DNA from: Lytechinus pictus
Lineage: Eukaryota
Direction: 5' to 3'
Length of the DNA: 64,000 nucleotides
NCBI RefSeq assembly: GCF_037042905.1
Contig: NC_087249.1
Coordinates: 39,184,001-39,248,000 of the forward strand
Within the stretch, counting starts at the first letter, position 1; each line of letters opens with the position of its first letter. A program made the position numbers and the translations under genes. The notes under the pieces are model-generated. The model made no database searches and was not told the origin of the DNA. It saw only the letters and a program-made list of their open reading frames with translations. This document shows positions 45,859-60,300 of the stretch, piece after piece.

Positions 45859-48332
45859 TTAATTTCTGTTAAAAAAAAACAAAATCAAGACATTACATAC
45901 AAATATAACATAATAAAATCAATAAGCCATATACCTTAGATGTAGATATCATGTAATTGTTGAAAGTAGTTCTTTTAAAATTGAAATTGGATGCCCATTA
46001 AAGCAGACTGATTGTGACATTTGGTCACCCAGGAAAAAAAGAAAGAAGTGATCGAACATAAGATAATTTGTAGAACTAATATATCATAAATGAAAAAATA
46101 AAACCTTCCAGCAGTTTGAATAGCAATATCATAGGTGAATGGCCACTAGGTCTACTCCTGCTTTGTCTGTTTTGTGCTTAGTCTCACCCCTCATGGTCTA
46201 ATCCTTTGTTCATCTTCAACCAGTTTGTCTAATTGGTGACACGACATCTTCTCCAGCGACGATTGCTCCGAGCTTCATTTTGTCAAAGATATCGGGTTAG
46301 GGTTTGCGATAGGGTTATATGTTTGGTTTAGGATAGGGTATAGTGTTCATTCCAGGTTTGAAGTTGGTCATTCCATCCATGTGTGGAATTTGCAGCGGAG
46401 CTATTGTCGCCGAAGCACATGTCATGGAACCCTCTACCTATTTGGTCTACCCTTAGTTTGTCTAATTTCCAGTTAGGCTATACCTATTTCGTCTAATATC
46501 CACTTGGTCTAATGCAACTTAGCCTAAATGGTTAGATGAACCATTTATGAACCAAATTTTCAGTTAACAAAGTAAAATATAATAAGGAGATTAAGTGGAA
46601 ATCAGACCAATTAACAGTGTCATATAATGAGAATAAGACTAAGTGGATATTACACAAGTATAGACCGAATGGCAGTTGGCTGAAATTGATAATAGACCAA
46701 ATGGGTTTAGCCCATATTAGACCTATCTGAGAAGTAGAACAGCTGCATGTAAACCAGGTGAGAATAAACTTTAACAAGGACCCCGATGAAGATCAGATAA
46801 GATAAGAAGTTTATTTCAAGCGGGCTATCCTAACAATCTAAATTTGTTCAAATTTAGTATAATATTTTTTGTATTTCAATAGTGTTATATCATTCTTTGA
46901 TTATGTATTGTTCTATTTGTATTTTGTATTTTTGATTGTGAATAAAACCAATCGACCAAGCAAGCTAGTCATTTGTGTAATTCAGGGGACTTCAAGTAAA
47001 TTACATTTGGTATTATATATCTATAAGCAATGCAAATGTCTTTGATAAATATCCCTATTTTTAGCATGCATAACATTTTGTAAATTTTATTTTGTTATCA
47101 CTGCCATTTTATACTTGGATCACCTAAAAAGATGGACGATTTTTAAGACATTCAATTCTTTTTGGAATGATTAGAACAAGTCCACCCCAACGTAGTAGAT
47201 TTGAAATATACGAAAATCGCATAATTTCATTTAAGGATGTAAAAATAATAAAGTAATATAACATTTTTTCACAAACCACTTATTTGTATGTGAAAAAATC
47301 TGTGAAAGGTAGTGAGCAAACAAAGCGTACGTGAGTGAAAAATATGATCTTTTAAAAATGAAAATCTTATTTTGTGATAGATCTTGACAGGCTATTACAA
47401 ATAATTACATTTCACCCCTTTCCTTTTCACCTTTTTTTCTTTTGTGTTCATGGTTGTTTAACTTTTTCTTCAGGGGTAGGGGGGGGGGGGGGCAGAGCCC
47501 CAATTAGGAATAATTGACTCCAGCCTATTTAAGGAACTAAGAAAATAGTCAGGCAAATGCATTCACTGACTTCTCAGAATGTTTAATATAAAAGTTTAGG
47601 GGAACTTTAAAATGTTATAAATTTCTTATTTTACATTTTATTTTGATGAAACGTTCAGCATCATGTGATGATTTGATTTGATTATTCTCCTCTAGACCTG
47701 TTTTTTTTTTTTTTTTTATTCATTTTTTTAAATCGACTTATAGAAGCATAGACTTACCGGCATTTTTTTAATCGGGGGGAGGGGGGGGGGGGGGTAGAGG
47801 AATGAAAAAATGGAAAAAGCAATTGCATAGCCAACCTGAATGATTCCTATTAGACCTCCTCTACCATTTTGGCTAATACTTTTGATTATGTTTTATAATA
47901 AACTTTGAAAGAAAAGTTGCAGATAAACATTTTTTTTCAAGTAAAATTTGCCTAATTCCTTCTCGATAAGTGCTGTTACAGTGTTACTCCCATTTTTGTG
48001 AGTTTTGTACTTTAGTATCCTACATTGAAAACCTCTAAAATTTACCCAACAATGATAAAAAAATAACGAAATAATATGGCAATAATTTATTCCATTTCAA
48101 TTCCTGAGTTGGAATGCAGTGTTAATTGCAAAGTCATGTTATTTTTCATTCAATCAATTCAAGCAAGCAAAAGCAAGAAAATGGATGGCGCCCTCTACAT
48201 GCCTCAAAACTAACATACCTTCACGCAAAATTTTTGGACGGACCGACAGCCAAGAAGTGTCTGAAGCTTATAAGGTCTACGATTCAACTATTTGTTAAGG
48301 AAAAGGCAGAGTAGGTCTACTAAAAAGCTGAT

Positions 48333-51300
48333 ATGAAGGTAAGTCAGTAATGAAGGTTTTAGTGACTTTTGTAATGAAACGATAGTGAAAATAACAATGT
48401 AATTCTGCCGGTCCGGTTGAGCAGTGCAACACTGCACTCCCAACGGATCTCTCGCGGTGGGCTGGTGGGGTAGCAACGGTAAACAACTCGTCCATGTCCG
48501 TGTTATCGCCATTGGCATTGGACGTGGAGGGGGTGTTTGGACACTTTTGTCTTTTGTCTTGGACTTGGCCCAAATCAGATTTGGGAGGCATAGCGTAGGG
48601 CATATAGGCCACACACCCCCAAACAGCTCGAGCTAACGTTATAGGATTGCTAGTATTTAGTAATGCTATCTCAGTCAATTCACTCGCAATACATGTGAGT
48701 GGATTGATGCATGATCATGATGTCATTGTCAAACTAAGTCAAACTTTTTAATTATTCCACTGTTCCAATGTTCGATGAATCAATTCAATGACTCTCAGCT
48801 GGCACCGGGGGGGGGGGGGGGGGGGGCGGCACAGGGCATTGTTGTAGACAGCTGACAGCCGTCTGTTTCGAGGAGTTTTTTAAGTTTTTAACATTAATTT
48901 TTTTTTATATTTCTCCTCGTACACAAACGGCTCACGATCGTGCAGCCGCCATTAGGGGGTTAGCAATGCAAACTCCCCCTGATGGGGCTCATCAATTTTT
49001 TTCTTTATTTCATAAAAATATATAAAAAGAACTCGACCAAAATAAAGGTTATTTATCCGTTTTAGCCTGAAATGCACCAAAACGGGAATTAAAAAGGGGA
49101 AAAACAGAGACTTGTTTCGGCTGTCGTGCAACTCCCACTTTCCTTGTTTATCCGAACTGAATACATGAACATATGGCCATTGCGTCCCTGTACAGATCGA
49201 GTTAGAACTTCGATCTCTGTAATTGGTGAGTGGAGCCAACGGAGTTCAGCGAAACAACCAATATAACAGAGACCGAAGCTTTAGGTCTAAGGACATTGTA
49301 ACTTAGCCCCTGCTGGGTGGGCATGCCATAATGGAAATAAATTTCATCATTATTAAAGCCATGATATATATAGGAAATATGTTTCATTCTTTTTTCTTAA
49401 ACTTTAACAATCAGTTTGTTCATAGATCTAACTGTTAAAATAAAAAATTATCAACTTCGTTTGGGGGGGCTGAGGGGATCAGGGCCGGGGACATGACAAT
49501 TCAATGTATATTTAATAACTTGTACTTGTATATTTCCTTCCTCCGGTCTTCGGAGATCGGCGGCAAGCCGCAGAGTTCAGGTCCTTTCTTGATGGTGCTG
49601 TCGACATTGATGGATTTTTAAGATGTATCTTAGGCAGTGACATGTCAGAGAGGAAGCAGAGGTGGAGGGCAGGGAGTGTGAGGGAAAGAGGATGCAAGGA
49701 TGAGGGGGTCATTTCCAGTGAAATCATTTAGGATGTGTGCAGGCAAGTCAAGGTTCCAGACGCTGCGTCAAGAGGACTGGACATGAGGCAAGAAAGTGGG
49801 TAGTGGTTTCTTCCTCTAGAGAGCTGAGCTTGCAGGTTGGGTCTGTGCTCTTCCCGATGGTGACTAGGCGTTGTTGTGTGGGATAAGTGGACGTAAGCAG
49901 CTGAGCGCGTAAAATCACAGCTGATCGAAGATGTGTCGGTAGTGAAGAAGGGTAAAGTGACGATATCTTGGGGAGCATTGAGAGGTTACTCCATAGGCTG
50001 AGGGATGAGAATTTCTCAATGCACACTCTGGCTTCTTCCATTTGGGCATCATACACTTTACTCCTGCACAGAGTTTTCCAGCGGTGGTATGAGAAATCTT
50101 CAGATAGGAGAGAGGTGAGTGAGGGAAGGTTGTACTTAGAGAGCAGTTTATTCCAATAGATGATAGTAGGAGTCTTGGTGGAGAGGGCATGGAGGAATGA
50201 GCGAAATTCAAATCTACTATGGTCGATGTTGAAGAGCTGTCCTATCAGAAGGAAAGTGTTCAGTTCAATCTCGCGGGAGAGGTGAAGTAGGTCGGTTAAC
50301 AGGAAGATAGAGATATTGGGGGCAGATCTCGGTAGACCCAAGAATTTCTGGAAAGGGAGTGTTGGGCAGAATCAAGTTTGTTGAGTGAGGATTGAGTGAA
50401 ACACAGGAGCTGTGAGCCATAGGTTATTTCGGGGTAGGCAGAAAGTTTTCCAGAGCTTCGCAAGGGTGTGGGGGAGGAAGAGGTTATTGCTGCTGTTGCA
50501 GAGATGCCAACCCTCCCGATTTCATCGGGAGGCTCCCGAAAATTAATCCCAACTCCCGCCCTTACGATTACCATCCTTTTCCTCCCGAAATTACAATTTT
50601 TTTGCATTGATCAAATTGGATTGGAAGTACATGTATCGTCTGCTAACTTTAGCATGTAGTAACTTCATTACGTTCGCTGCTACTAAATTCTGTGTGAAAG
50701 GCAGACAAATAAGGAGCAGCGAAAAGCTGGTGCATGTGATATGCCCAACGGGAATCCACTGTGCACCAGGCCGGTAGGCCCGGCTAGCTTTGCGAGGCGT
50801 GTGCGCTCGCGGCCGCTGGATTTGTCGAGTCGTGCGGTGGAATATCGGTGTGTGATTTCGGCGTATTGATGGGTTGATATTGACACGAAATGGCGGAAAA
50901 TCAACAAAAGAAGACCAAGAAATGGTCTCAGAAGTATAAGACTGAATACAGTCTCCAGTACCCGTGTAATCCGAAGTCGGAAAGAGGAATTTACCATGCA
51001 TTTTGCACAATTTGCAGCGTGGACATTTCAGTTGAGCACGGAGGTCGTGATGATATTCGGAAGCACGTAGGGAGCAAACGGCATACGGACATTGCGAAGA
51101 CGAGATCTTCGAGCTCCATTAGTACCCTGTTGGCTCATTTCACCAAGCAAGGGACCAGCGAGGAGGAAGACGTTACCCGCACTTTAATAATAATAAAGAG
51201 GATAATTCCTCATTATTATTGTTGAACAGGTACTTTTCTTCTATTGTCCCCTCATTTTTTTTTACATGTAAAAATGCATATTTGATATTTTTATGTTAAA

Positions 51301-54300
51301 AAAGTGGGAACAATGTTTTTTTTAAAACATGTGAAATGCTCCAAAATAAGGGTCAGATTGCACCAGAGAGCATCTAGAAACCCAGAGCTTCCAGGGCCCT
51401 AAGGCGGGCCCTAGACCCCGGCCGCAAGGGTCGAGCGCTCCGCGCTCGAGATGTGCACTGTGCGCACATAATTTGGTGTCGGTTGCAAATCCTCCCTAAT
51501 TCTGATTTCCAAAAGTTGGCATCTCTGCTGTTGCTACCGATGATGGCGAAGAGGATGTTGTATCCCTTGGTGATTATGTGTTGAGTGTGGTCATACGGGA
51601 TGGTTGATTTGGTGATGCCAAGGTGGGGATGATGAGAAACCTCTCTGATTCTGTAACCGTCAATGAAGAATTGGCAGGATGGGTGGATGCTGCCCTTTGA
51701 CTTGAAGATGAGGATGGCACTTTTGGAGGGATTCATCTGTGACATTCAGCATTTGCTGAAGTTCAGTGGGAGAACTTGCAAGAAGGGCAACATCATCAGC
51801 AAGGATTATTACACCTGCGTGTCTATTCTGGAAGGTGCAGCCAAGCCCCTTGTCCTGGAGAGTCTTGATGAGGCCATCAACGAATACGTTGTACAGCGTG
51901 GGAGAGAGTATTCCTCCTTGTCTGACACCCTTGTTTAGTGGGATGAAGGAACTGACAGAACCTTTCCAGGTGACACGGCTTGAAGCACCTTGGTAGAGGG
52001 CGTTCAAAGTAGATTGTACAGAGGATGGAATTGGTGTGTCTTTTGAGAAGAGGGCACTATGAGAAACCGAGTCGAAGGCTTTATTTGCATCCAGAAGGGC
52101 AAGATAGGTAGTGTTCATAGCAGATATGTTGAGTTCAATTGAGAGTTGGAGGGTGAGAGAAGTAAAGCCTAACTTAGAATCATCTGAATGTGAATGACCA
52201 CAAATAGGTTTTTTTAAAGATGATTTTTGTGATTTTACATGAAAATTCATTCGATTTGTGTATTTTTTATGTTTATAAAATTTTGAAATTACTTCATATA
52301 AAGCATGAAAATGGGTTGCGAATTTCAGGATGCAATCTTTTCAGTAGGCAGCTTCCTGATATCCAATCACTAAATTTTATAGAGTTGTACTCAAAGGCCC
52401 ATTTTAAAGAGAAATGAAAAACTTTTTTTTTCACATCCCCATTCATCTCACCTCAGTTGAGTGTGACTTAATATGGTTGAATTTCTTGCTGAAGAAAATT
52501 AATGCCTGTGACCTGTTGCATAAAATTTTTGCCATAAAAAAACTCTGGCAAATAACAAAAAAACTGAAACTGACAAAAAAAAAATCAAAATTCTGCAATT
52601 GACACTAAACACTAAACGTGTATTGAAAAACTCTTGAAAAAAAATGCCATGGGGCCTAGTTTTTTTTTTATACAATTCAAACCCACAACCCTCTCACTAA
52701 AAGAAAGGAATCAGAACCAAAGCACCATGATGCAGGCAAAAAAAAACTGAAATAAGTAAAAATCATTTTTCATTTTTTTGGGCTACTTTACACAACCTCC
52801 TGCCAAAATCTGCAACACTGAATAAGCTTTAACATTGCAATGAATGAGTTTCTGTATTTTTTCACGTCTCTTTTGAGTATTTCAGAGCTGAAATTGCCAC
52901 TAGTTTCCATGTATTTCTCCCCTCTATAGCTGAATGTAGCTTTAGCTTTGAATCATGATGATGAATGTAATAATTCCCAACCTTTTATTATCTTGTGTTG
53001 TAGAGAGTGTTTCAGCTGTCAGACAAGACCCATGGTCCGGGTCCTGTCAGGTTCTGTTGGCAAACAACTCTTGGTAATTACCTCGCCACCTATGGCGCTG
53101 ATCACAACGTTCATATTTACGATCGTCATGGTGAACGTAGAGATGAAATCAACCTACCCGGGTGAGTGAAGTACATCAACAGTCTCCCTTTTTGGTCTTG
53201 CCCTTTGAGGGAAAGGCAAGACGGAACGATCCAAATCAGGCAAAAAAAGAATATATATTTTTGTTTGTTTTCGGGACCTACTTCTTAAAAAGAACCTACT
53301 GCGTAAATGTGCAACATTGGATAAGCTTTAACTTTGCAGTGAATGGGGTTTTCCAGGGCTCTTTTGAGCATTTCAGGGTCGAAAAATGCCCGAGTGCCCA
53401 TGTATCAATTTTCCGTGATCCAAATAGTGTCCCTCATGATTGTTAAATTTACCTGCAAGACCACAGTTATGTTGTACCAAAAAATGCGAAATGATAAGAT
53501 TTCATTAACTGTCCAATGCCTATCATCATAGATTTGTGGTTGTGGTAATTTAATTATTTCAGCAATGTCAATCGTGTCAAGGAAAAACAAATAATGTGCT
53601 TTTCCAGGACATTCCTTTTAATAGTAGTAATACAAGAATTATTATACAGTATGGTATGTCTTCTTTTGGTATTATTTCCACTGTAGAGAGTGGGAATTTT
53701 AGTAACTTTGTTACCACCTTTGCTCTAACATTTTTTTTTACATGAACCTCTGTTAAATTGTGTATGGATTTCAAGAATTGTCTCTTAACATTGTAATTTA
53801 AAAAAATGACAGTTTTATTGTTATTTTCATAATCATCATTGTTTATGTATTTTTTAAATAATGATAATGATTATTTCTACCTTTTCATCCATTCCGTGGC
53901 TTGATCAGATCCTGCACAGGCATCGGGTGGGACAGAGATGGAGACACCTTAGCCCTGATATGTGACAAAAGCAGCGTGGTGTTTCTCTGGGACGCCAACA
54001 GCCATCGCAAGTCTCAGGTCGACAGTGGTTTCAAGGATTCATTGACCTATTTGCTTTGGTCAAAGTCTGGCCCACAGCTAGCCATCGGGACAACAAAGGG
54101 CAATCTTCTTATCTACAATCATCAGACTTCAAGGTATTTTGTTACATTTTTACAATTTGAAAAAGATTGAAATCAACTGTGTGGGGTTTTATGCTATGTT
54201 ATGTTGATTAATGAATAGTGATATATACTCTGGATCTAATAAGAGGAATAACATTCTCTACTTAATGAATATAGCATAGGTTTTATACGAAACATCTACA

Positions 54301-57300
54301 TGTAAACGTCACTTTTTCAGAGCTCCTTTATCAGTTAGAACATTTTACCAAACCAAAACTCTTAATTACTTCATACCTTTTATATTTAGAAATAAGAACT
54401 TGATATTTTCACTGGCAAGATAATCAATATTTTGGGGGCAGGAATTAAAAGTGCAAGGTCAACATGAGTGACTTTAGATTTGACATTGTGGATCTCAAAC
54501 CAGAATTACAGTTCTCAATTAGAGCCTGAAAACCTTAGTGAATATAAATGAACACAGCTTTTGTTTTAATGGACGACATAAATTTTATTTTATATTTCTT
54601 TAACTCGACTAAAGAATAACTGCACTGATTACACGTTCATCAAATTTTTTAAATGAAAAATGTCTTTTTTGTGTGTCCGTCTTATTTTTGAGTGAATTTT
54701 TATTTTTCTTGAACATTTTAGGAAAGTGCCCATCCTCGGCAAGCACACAAAGAAGATAATCTGTGGTGCATGGAGTGCTCAGAACCTTCTTGCGTTGGGA
54801 AGTGAGGACAGAACTATTACAGTTAGCAATGAAGATGGTGACACCATAGCAACGGCAAGTTTACAAGATCGATAGTTTCAGAGCTGCCGAACTTTAGAAC
54901 AGCAAATGAGCATTTTTATCTCCAAAATGAATATTTTTACATAAAAAAATAACATTTTCATTTATTAGATGTTTTTTCAGTATAAGATTTATGAAATAAT
55001 AATTTATTGACTTCAAACCTTGTTTTCTTTATTTTGCATTGTTGTTAATGTTTAATCAATCCTGCTCGTCTTACATTCTTGTGTATCACGATGGCCTTTC
55101 ATCAACATTAATCGTCTGATAAATTTCCTTGGTTTTGATTGGCTAACAAATAGCAGACGTCTCAATATTTGTATGATAACTGTCAGTTAGTTTTATGAAA
55201 TGGCCCGGGTATTATATAGCTGTCTACCCTCCATGCTTGATTTCAACTTTCTCTTCAATCTCATGCAAAACCTTTATGAATCATAGTTTTTATCATAGAG
55301 TTGTCATTCAACATTATGTGTAGCTACGTGATGTTAAGATTGTTTTCTTGAATCCATTAATCAGAAAACGTTTTTCTTGTTTCGTTTTCAGACTGGAGTG
55401 CGGTTAGATCCATCCGACATTCAGTTCTCAGAGATGAAGGTTGATGAGAGGACATCTTCGGGAGAGTCAACGGTAGGTTGTACTTTATGTTAACATGATC
55501 AAAACCCCTTGTTCAAAACTGAAGCCTCACTTTGGTAAGTGTTCAGTGATAGACAGATGTTGACTGCTGCAGGGAAGTTTCCATCCTAAAAATAAGTATT
55601 CAAAATGAACTGATATCTACCGTGCTTTGTGAATCCCTTTCAGATAAGCGTCATCGTTGGAAAGAAAACATTATTCCTGTACAACTTGGATGACAGAGAC
55701 AATCCGATAGAGCTTGCCTTTCAGCAGAGATATGGTTCAGTGGTTGCATACACATGGTGAGTCTTTACATGGATTCAAAAACATTATTTGTTTTATTTTA
55801 GACCCTTTCTATCTAGGTACACTCTAGCTAGTAGTTTTGATCATTTAATCTTATATATCTTTGCTGCTGTTCTCACAAAGAAAATGCATGGGATGTTTCC
55901 CTTATGCAATCAAAACATATTCTTAAGTGGTATTTTAAGCCATTAAATACAAATTTGACCTGATTCTTCCTCCAAATCTCAACCTTTTTTTTACAAAAAG
56001 ATTGCATTGTATATTTTGGGTCTGCTTAAAAATAAAAAAATGCAGTTTGTCAGATGCGGGCAAAAAGTTTTATTTTAGGCCTAAGCTATGAACTATGAAC
56101 AATATTTAGTGCATCCCAGAAAAAAGGAAACCGGGATTCCCACATCTTTTTCTTCAAAGGCAAATTAGTTATGATAATTCATTTTCATCATCATACAAAT
56201 CAATTATTCCTCTGCATTTTCATACCTAATATGTGACGAACACTTCACGCATTAATGAGCAAGACGAGTTTGAAATTTTAATGTCAGAATCAGGTTGCGC
56301 AGAAAAATTGGAAGAGATCGGTTTGGGATAGGACAACCGTGCGTATTTGATGATTGGCTCATTAGCATTTCTTTTATATTTGTTAAGTTTTTCTAACTGA
56401 TCCCTGAAATGAGAGTGGATTCAGATTAACGTGTGAGTTTCGGCGCAAATCGTTTCTGATAGGTCGCCATATTTATTGATTGTTATATGCCATGCGTGAA
56501 TGATTTGCTGTCATAATGCTGTTGTTTTCAAGTTAAAGATGAGATTCCACTCTTACCATTAGTATCAAGTTCATAGTAGAAACGTGTTTAATAATTGTGA
56601 AATCTATCTCAGAAAAAGGGTTTCCTTTTTTGTGGGATACCATGATTTATGTATGCACAGGTATGGAGATGTTTGCATTTCACTATAAATTAATGAATTA
56701 TGAAAAGAGATACTTTGATTTATTAATGCACAATGAATGAATGAATTATAAATCTGATTTACGTACACACAGGTATGGAGATGGCTACATCATGCTCGGG
56801 TTCTCCAACGGTTATTTCATCGTTATCTCAACTCATATGAAGGAGATTGGTCAGGAACTATTCCAAGCCAGGGACCATAAAGACTCCTTGACTGGTATCG
56901 CTATCTCGCTTTCACTCAATAAAGCGGCATCATGCGGCGATAATTGGTAAGACTACTTAATCACACAATATCATTCTGTATTTCATGGTTTGGTTTCTAA
57001 TTACTTTTCCAGAGAATAATTTTCCTGGCATGGCATCGCAATTTGCTACACATTATTGAAAGACAGCGACACAAAATTGTTGTGAATAGGACTTTTACAT
57101 ATGACTGTACATAACTTAGTTGAGAACTTGTCTCTTATGACCCAAATTGCTTATCAAGTTCGATAAGAATTATTTCCTGATTTTTGTGGTTGATTAATAA
57201 GATGTTGGAAGTCTGATCTACCTGCAGATGTTTGTGACGTGGATATACAAATAAGTGTAAATTTAGGGTTACAAGTCGGTGCCTTTTTTTTAGAAGCAAA

Positions 57301-60300
57301 GTTCTTATCTATTCCTTTGCCCTTGTTCTCCCTTTCACTGTAGAATATATGTATGAGGCATTGAAAATGTATCATTAACCCTTAACGTGCCAAGAACACA
57401 TATCTGTGCATCCACTGGAGTGCAATGGTCATACAGCTATTGTTATGCCTATTGCATTTTGAGGAGTGCATTGCATGCATGAGTGATTCCATTGTTCAGT
57501 ATACCATATGGTCAAGAGGTTTAACATTACTCTCAGGAGTGATTCCTTTTTTTATTAATAACAAAATTAAATATAGACTCTTTGAAAAAAATGGCACTCG
57601 CTGATTACAGTGAATGGCACATTAAGAGTTAATGGCCTGAATTGCTTTAGAGGTACGACAATACAATAGATTTGAAAAGCATTGGATTTCAATATAATAA
57701 TGGGCCAATAAAAATTTAGTATAGATTTCCTGAATTGAAATAGGGATATGATGGGTATAGTAATCTGTAAACACATAGAATTTCATTGTGATGATTGGTC
57801 AATTCATACATGTATAGTAACTGTGCTATATAAATGGACCATGTTATTATTATTATTAGTTTGAAAATTTAGTATGAATGTCTTTAATTGCTTTACAGTA
57901 CCATGTTGTTATATCAATCATAGACGTTCAATTTATTTTGAATAATGGCCAGTGGAAATTTATATTTGATATAAAGTACCCCAATCCAACCCAATTCAAT
58001 CTTATGAAGAATGATGAATTTTAACTTTCACAAACCCCAGCATCAAGATCCATGACCTCTCTGACCTGAAGGAACTCTATGCCATTATCAACCTGGAAGA
58101 GGAGACCAAGGGACTAACCGGGATCGATTGGACACAGGACGGTCAGCTACTGGCCATTGGGACCCAGAGAGGTTTTATGCATGTATATCTGACCAAGCTG
58201 CCTATCCTTGGCGATGCCCATGGTACCAGGCTTGCCTATCTGACCTCTCTACTAGAGGTCACAGTGGTCAATCCTATTGAACAGGTGAGAGTCACACTAC
58301 TCAATACTTTTTCATCATTCGTGGAGTACCGCAAGGGTCCTTGGGTCCAATATTATGTTCTCAGTTGTATATAAAGTGGTCTACCTAGTTCATTCCAATC
58401 GTAGGTGGAGTACCTCAGGGGTCCATGTAAGGTCCAACATTTTTTCACTTTCATCAATCCTTTAGAACATAAAGCAATGACCTACTCAGTTCATTGTTAT
58501 TACTGGAGTACCTCAAGGGTCCAACTTAGGTCTAACATGCACATTAAGATAAAACTTCTCAAAATATTTTGTCTAGAGTTGCTCAAATTGAATATTGAAA
58601 AGTGTTTATCTTTTTTACTACCACAAAAAGAGTTGTTGTTTTTTGCTTGCTTCAAATGGAGGTGAATTGAAAATTTGTTATTATAACCACAAAAATTAGG
58701 TCCTAAAAATTGCATTTCAAAAGAGAATTTTTGTTCATCATTATCTGAGCGTGGCATGTTCTCCCAGATCCTTGCTCCAGGTGGCCGTTCATTAAAAAGG
58801 TAGACCCATTAAGATGTTGACTGATCAACATATTAATATCATAGGCTGTGTGTTATTGGATGAAGCCTGTTTCAAATGATGTGTCTGAGAGCGTTTGTGT
58901 GTGTTTGATAACTGGGGACGAAATGTGACACTTTACTATCAAAATGGGGATGTCTCCTAATATGGGGAAGGTCCCCATTTTTATAGCTCAAATGGCTCCA
59001 AATGGCTCCAAATCGAATGTAGATATTGCTGAACTACATAAGAAAATTGTGTAAGATTTGCTTGCATCCCTAATGTCCCCATTTACCCATGAATGCCATA
59101 CACAAACACACAATTGTCTCCACATGCATGATGCAATCAAAGTGTGTGGGTGTGAACAATTTTTCAAAGGGGATTTAATGATGCATTGTACATGTACTTG
59201 TTTGATATTTCACTTGTAATTCACATTTGCACCCATCGTTACGGTCCCGTCACGATCACTCTCACTGATATCTTTTTTTGTGAACCTTAACATATCAGAG
59301 ACGAGTGGGTCGCATGAAGGCAAGTACCTTTCTCTCTCTTCCATTCAACATCCTTTCCCGAGCAACTTTCATTTATTAGATTTATGATTTCTGGTCAATT
59401 CTTCTTAATTTCCTATAGCATTTCTTGAAAAAAGCCTTGACTAGTCTACAGAGCACGATATAGGTCCAATTTATTTTCAATATTATTATTTATGATTATT
59501 AATATTATTGTTTTTATTATTGTTATTATTATTCTAATTTTTTTTATTTTTATTATTACAATTATGAATATTATTTTAAATATTCTTATCATTATTATTA
59601 TTTTCATTATTTTATTATTATGTTATTATTTTTCATTATCATTATTATTGCTTGATGGTGTTTGGGAAATTGAATCAAACGCCATGGCTGTGCATATCCT
59701 TATGATTAGCCTCAATGCCCCTCTTGGTTGCTTTGAGATTTTTGTGCCCTTTTTTCATTTTCTTCTATTTGTGCCGTAATATAGAGTTGTTCCCTTTTAA
59801 AAAGTTACCCTGCCTCTAAAAATTACCAACATTTTAGGCCTGCATTTGATTTGTTTAAATTTCTATTTATTTTGGAGTTAAGGAAACACTTACATGTATA
59901 TAAGATATTCTATTGATTGATTTTTTAATGATTCTTTCAAATAATGGGGGGGGGGTCTTACTCTCGTGCAACCTTCAATGTAGGATGTGGAGCACTAAAT
60001 ATCATGAAAATACATTAAGAGTATAAATTTCTACATATTTTGTGCCCAATTTTATTTCTATTGCTTAAATAAAACTATAATCTTTTTGCTTTTTCTTTCA
60101 TATGACCGCTCTTTCAATGTTTTTTTTTACCCTTTTTTTTATTCATAGAAATTTTCTTTTCCTTCACTTAATTTTACATTTCCTTTTAGAATTTTATACT
60201 CGCCACATAAAAATATTTTTTCTGAATTTACTCAGGTTTATGTAGCATGCTGCCTGCTACGCTTTGCAAATTTAATTTGCAATTCATTTATTTTTTTTGT

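Noticed and set aside
43590-48300. LRTOMT-type fusion of LRRC51 with an O-methyltransferase
   Set aside because: No methyltransferase-like exons were seen between the LRRC51 stop and WDR19.
49516-52176. TAACT(T) as TSD of the non-LTR element
   Set aside because: Only 5-6 AT-rich bases and overlapping the tail repeat; not distinguishable from chance.
59492-59779. Ile-rich 95-aa membrane-protein ORF
   Set aside because: Translation of an (ATT)n microsatellite in a WDR19 intron.
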